Origin: Chara braunii
Taxonomy: Eukaryota; Plantae; Charophyceae
Length of the DNA stretch: 64,000 nucleotides
Reading direction: 5' to 3'
Assembly (NCBI GenBank): GCA_003427395.1
Contig: BFEA01000042.1
Coordinates: 1,192,332-1,256,331 of the forward strand
A model generated the notes under the pieces. The model had not been told where the DNA came from. It did not search any database and saw nothing but the letters and a program-made list of their open reading frames with translations. A program made the position numbers and the translations under genes. Below are positions 59,204 through 64,000 of the stretch, in pieces (the first letter of the stretch is position 1; each line of letters opens with the position of its first letter).

Positions 59204-60847
59204 ACAGAGACACGCACACACAATCAGTTTTATGTCTTTCGGTCTTTTTCCTGCTGTCTGTCCTCCCTTATATTTTTTCCAAGTATTATTTTTGTGTGCC
59301 CAACTGAGCACCCTTAAGTAGTGCCAAACAGTCGGTGGTTCCTCGTTTGGAGTGCCAACTGCACTCTTTGGAGGGGCGCTCGGTTCGGGATGTCTGTGTT
59401 GCCTGTAGGTGATGATGGATGCTCGTCGGGGTGTCTCCCTGGCTCAGTGGGTGGTGGGAACCAACAGTCTGCAGGGTTCAATTGTCATGTGAGTAGGTCA
59501 TGTGCTGCTTTGCTCTGTGTTGGATGTGTGGACGGCCTCGTCTGCACTCCGCCGATGCCCTGCTGCCTGTCCCACTTGCTTTGCATGTGGTTCTTTGCAG
59601 GTGTGTGGTGTGGCCGTGTGGTTGGTGTTGCCTTGTGCTTCGCTGCTCCGCTGCCTTGCTGCCCTTCTACTGGTCGTGCCTTCCATGTTTGCTGCTTGCG
59701 GGCCTTGTTGGATGGTTGCCTTGTTGCTGATGCCTTGTGCTTCGCTCCACAGGTGCTGAGCTGCTGGTCCGCTCGCCCTGTCGTCCCTTGCAGTGCTCCA
59801 CGGTTGCCGAGCTGCTGATCCGCTCGCCCTGTCGTCCCTTGCAGTGTGGTGGCCTCGTTTGTGTTGTCTTGTGCTTCACTGTCCTGCGTGCCATGTCATT
59901 CCTTGCAGTCGTTTTCGGCGTTGTGCAGCCGTGTTGCCTCTACTGTGTTGCCTGGTGCTCCACAGGGTTCCTGCCCGCTGCTACGTTCCGCTTGGGGACA
60001 GTCTGCCTTCAACAAGGGTCAAAGGGTTCATGAGCAAAACCATCAAATACGGAGATTCCGCAGATTGTCGAGGGTTCAGCCTCCTGATGAGTCGGTGCAA
60101 CTCCGAAGAAACAATCTTGTCATCTTCTGTTTTTAATTCTTTTCGGTCTTCGCTGTTTTTGGGGACTTGTATATTTTTGGCTTTGCCTGCTTTCTGTGTT
60201 TGAGTGACGTCTGCCCTCCCGCCTCCCCCGTGCCCTCCACCCATTGTCTTTTGCTGCTCCCTGTTGTCTTATGCTTGGGGTATCTTTCTGTACTTGCACT
60301 TTTCTTATGTCTTTCTTGTTTTGTGCATTTATGTATGGTCTGCCCTCCCACCTCCCCTGTGCCCCCCAGTCCTTGTGCCTTTCTGCAGTTTGTTGTCGTT
60401 GCCTCCTAAGGCTTGCCTTTTGCGTTATTGTGCTTCCTTTATCCGTCTCGTGGTGTCTGTTTGGTTGTGTGTGTTCCAGTTCGCCCGCAAAGAGCAGTGG
60501 GAGCATGGATCCTTGTGCAGTCTGGCATAATCATTCCCCACCTTACAGTATAGGTTCCGTCTGCACCACGCCTACAAGTTCTTGTTCCTGAGCATGCTCA
60601 TGCAGTCCGGCATAGTCATTGCCCACCTCTGAGTACCGGATGCGTCTGCACCACGGCTACAAGTTTTCATTCTTTCTTTCTTTTTTGTTTTAAGAAGAAG
60701 AACAGCCAAGCAGAGGCTAGGGGTGCGGGTAAGAGCAGACACCACTAGCATCACCGGGGAGGCTCGCCAAAATATTATTTTGGAGCTTCATTATGATGCG
60801 GTTTCCGTATCATACCGCAAACATGTCATATTATGCGGGACGCACAC

Positions 60848-60910
<63 letters not shown>

Positions 60911-63900
60911 NNNNNNNNNNNNNNNNNNNNNNNNNNNNNNNNNNNNNNNNNNNNNNNNNNNNNNNNNNNNNNNNNNNNNNNNNNNNNNNNNNNNNNNNNN
61001 NNNNNNNNNNNNNNNNNNNNNNNNNNNNNNNNNNNNNNNNNNNNNNNNNNNNNNNNNNNNNNNNNNNNNNNNNNNNNNNNNNNNNNNNNNNNNNNNNNNN
61101 NNNNNNNNNNNNNNNNNNNNNNNNNNNNNNNNNNNNNNNNNNNNNNNNNNNNNNNNNNNNNNNNNNNNNNNNNNNNNNNNNNNNNNNNNNNNNNNNNNNN
61201 NNNNNNNNNNNNNNNNNNNNNNNNNNNNNNNNNNNNNNNNNNNNNNNNNNNNNNNNNNNNNNNNNNNNNNNNNNNNNNNNNNNNNNNNNNNNNNNNNNNN
61301 NNNNNNNNNNNNNNNNNNNNNNNNNNNNNNNNNNNNNNNNNNNNNNNNNNNNNNNNNNNNNNNNNNNNNNNNNNNNNNNNNNNNNNNNNNNNNNNNNNNN
61401 NNNNNNNNNNNNNNNNNNNNNNNNNNNNNNNNNNNNNNNNNNNNNNNNNNNNNNNNNNNNNNNNNNNNNNNNNNNNNNNNNNNNNNNNNNNNNNNNNNNN
61501 NNNNNNNNNNNNNNNNNNNNNNNNNNNNNNNNNNNNNNNNNNNNNNNNNNNNNNNNNNNNNNNNNNNNNNNNNNNNNNNNNNNNNNNNNNNNNNNNNNNN
61601 NNNNNNNNNNNNNNNNNNNNNNNNNNNNNNNNNNNNNNNNNNNNNNNNNNNNNNNNNNNNNNNNNNNNNNNNNNNNNNNNNNNNNNNNNNNNNNNNNNNN
61701 NNNNNNNNNNNNNNNNNNNNNNNNNNNNNNNNNNNNNNNNNNNNNNNNNNNNNNNNNNNNNNNNNNNNNNNNNNNNNNNNNNNNNNNNNNNNNNNNNNNN
61801 NNNNNNNNNNNNNNNNNNNNNNNNNNNNNNNNNNNNNNNNNNNNNNNNNNNNNNNNNNNNNNNNNNNNNNNNNNNNNNNNNNNNNNNNNNNNNNNNNNNN
61901 NNNAAAAAAAAAAAAAAAAGATCTCTTTTTTTTTCTTCTTTTTTTTCCCTTTTTTTTCGGAAAAAAAAGGAAAGATCTCAAGAGCCAAGATAAAGGGGGA
62001 AAAAATCCCCACAATCTGTTTATCAATGGCCGCATGCTTCTGCACCATCCCTGCCACATAGGCTAGGTGCAGGCTTGTTCTTTTTTCTCTTCCTGTTTTT
62101 GCTTTTCTTTTTTTTTCTTCTCAAGCTCCATTCTGTTGTTGTTTTTTTCTTCTTTTTTTTTTTCTTTTTTTTTTTTTTCTTCTTTTTTGGGTCCGTGCTT
62201 TCTGACTCGCTGGTTGGTTGCTTGCTTGTCGGTCGGGTAGGGTCTACTGCAGTGCTGGGGCGACGTCCAACTAGCAAAGAGGATTGGATTGAACGCTTTC
62301 AAGTTAATTTGGCCTCATTTGCAGACAAGTGCGGAAAATCGAGATTGAACTCCTTTTCTGTGATCTCTGCCTAAAACACGCCCTGTAGCGGACCCACCGG
62401 GAAGGTGCTCCGCCTGGGATACAGATGGATATGGAGGATGAGGGAGGGAGGAGATGGCACAGCGCAGCTCCCACGCAAGACTCCAACGCACGTACTCCAA
62501 AATCGTGCAACTGTAGAATGATCACGACAACAGACGACTGCTGGGGTATACCCCAGCGGACTGACGCGACTGGACTGGACTGGCTGGTACCGACAGGGGT
62601 ACCGGCCTGGACTGGACTACTGGACTGCCCCGAATAAAACACAGGCCTGTGAGAACAGGCCAAGGGGGCTGGTCTCACAGGCCAACCAGAGGTGGGCTAC
62701 ACGCCCAGATTCAGGATCTTAATCCACTCCCTGTTGCTAGTGGGACCATGCTCCTAAACTATCAAGCCGAGTGTGTCACCATGTTCACAGTGAAGTGCAC
62801 TGGAAGTTGTGAGCAGTAGGGACTTTTCTGTTCACCTCTTTTCCTTTTGTGAGCAGTAGGGACTGAAGGCTCGAGGCTGTATCTGTATTGATATCAGTTT
62901 TCTAGGTTGATACATAGATGTTCAGCATGTGTTGTATTTGGGGGTAGTAGGCAAAGTATGCCTACTTGAGCAGTGGAAGAAAGTATGTAAGCCAACTCAG
63001 GGGTTAGGAAATGAGCGACTATTTTTCCCAAAAAAAAAAAAAAAAAAAGAGCGACTACTACAATTATCTTCTCCTCCGCAGATAATGCACGTCGGTCGTT
63101 CGTTATCGCGCTAATCTGGACTGAAACTCGTCCCACGTACAGCTTAAAAATGACCATCATGGTTTTTTTTATGCGGGCCACGAGAGCAGCAGAATGAGTC
63201 TTGGAGCAGTTCACTGAGAATGATCACCTGCCCCTTTTTCATAATGAGTAATGAATGTGTTCCATTAAAAAAAAAAAAAAAAAAAAAAAAAGAAGAAGAA
63301 GAAGAAGAAGAAGAAGATCACCTGATACAATGGCTGAGAAAAACTTCCCCTTAGGCTCAGTCCAGAAGGAACATAATTATTATGGCATGGCAGGGGGATC
63401 TCTCATTCCTTGGTGCCATGGCTGATGGCCAGTGAGCGATCTACTTTCTTTTTCCTTTGGCAGGGCCACTGACCTCAGGTAGATCTTCGATCTTAGCCTC
63501 AAGTGTTTGTTTGTTTTTTGTTTTTTGTTTTTTTTTTTCAAAATCTTAACCTCAAGTTAGTTGGAGAGGGCTTCTAAAGGTCATGCCATGCCATGCCAAC
63601 CTCCCCCGGCCTATTGTCAGAAGAGCTGGATGTACTTTCGTCAGCATTGAGGGGGGCATGCTCACACTACAGTCTTCACCCCAATAGATTGCCCTGTCAT
63701 TATCCCCCCCCAACATACCGCACCCTGACCCCCCAACATACCCCACCCTGATAATGAATGTATATAGACTATCTTAATGTATATAGACTATCTTTCCGTT
63801 CCGATGCAGTCAAAATGAGTGTGATTTGTGTTTGGGGGAGAAGACTGTAGACCCAAGGTTGCCCCAAATACTGTTACAATGACCAGGGGTCTTCTTCCAG

Positions 63901-64000
63901 TGAAGATGGTAGGACTTTTCTGGAAGTATCCAACCTTCCAACTGCTCTGGGATATACCCCTATTTACGTCCAGAGCTGAGTTCAAAAGCTCCCTTTTTTT

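Noticed and set aside
60075-60120. Hammerhead ribozyme core (CTGATGA...GAAAC)
   Set aside because: Stem II lacks the closing pair next to the core, and no convincing stems I and III were found.
54900-64000. Host protein-coding exons or LINE ORF1
   Set aside because: Only short low-complexity ORFs with no recognisable domain; spliced exons cannot be excluded without transcript data.

Overview
Eukaryotic, gene-poor and transposon-saturated draft-assembly window. It has N-gaps and microsatellites, and its TTTAGGG-type repeats and plant-type U6 point to a green plant or streptophyte alga. No host protein-coding gene could be supported. The window is dominated by about 16 mostly 5'-truncated, degenerate copies of L1/Tx1-like non-LTR retrotransposons (APE endonuclease, RT with FADD, C-terminal CCHC). 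These fall into at least four diverged subfamilies (here A-D) and are often stacked head-to-tail at poly(A) tails. Nested in them are solo LTRs, a hAT-like element, TTAA-flanked and TA-flanked MITEs and long fold-back palindromes. There are also U6 and U2 snRNA pseudogenes, tRNA-derived SINE-like heads and an organelle-like tRNA-Met fragment. Two library artefacts are present: a 454/loxP linker and a Nextera mate-pair junction. The most notable observation is a ~250-nt non-coding module at the 3' end of subfamily A (11 full or partial copies). It shows repeated compensatory base changes in several stems, consistent with a conserved structured RNA, and is preceded in most copies by short TTTAGGG repeats inside the element's own 3' UTR.
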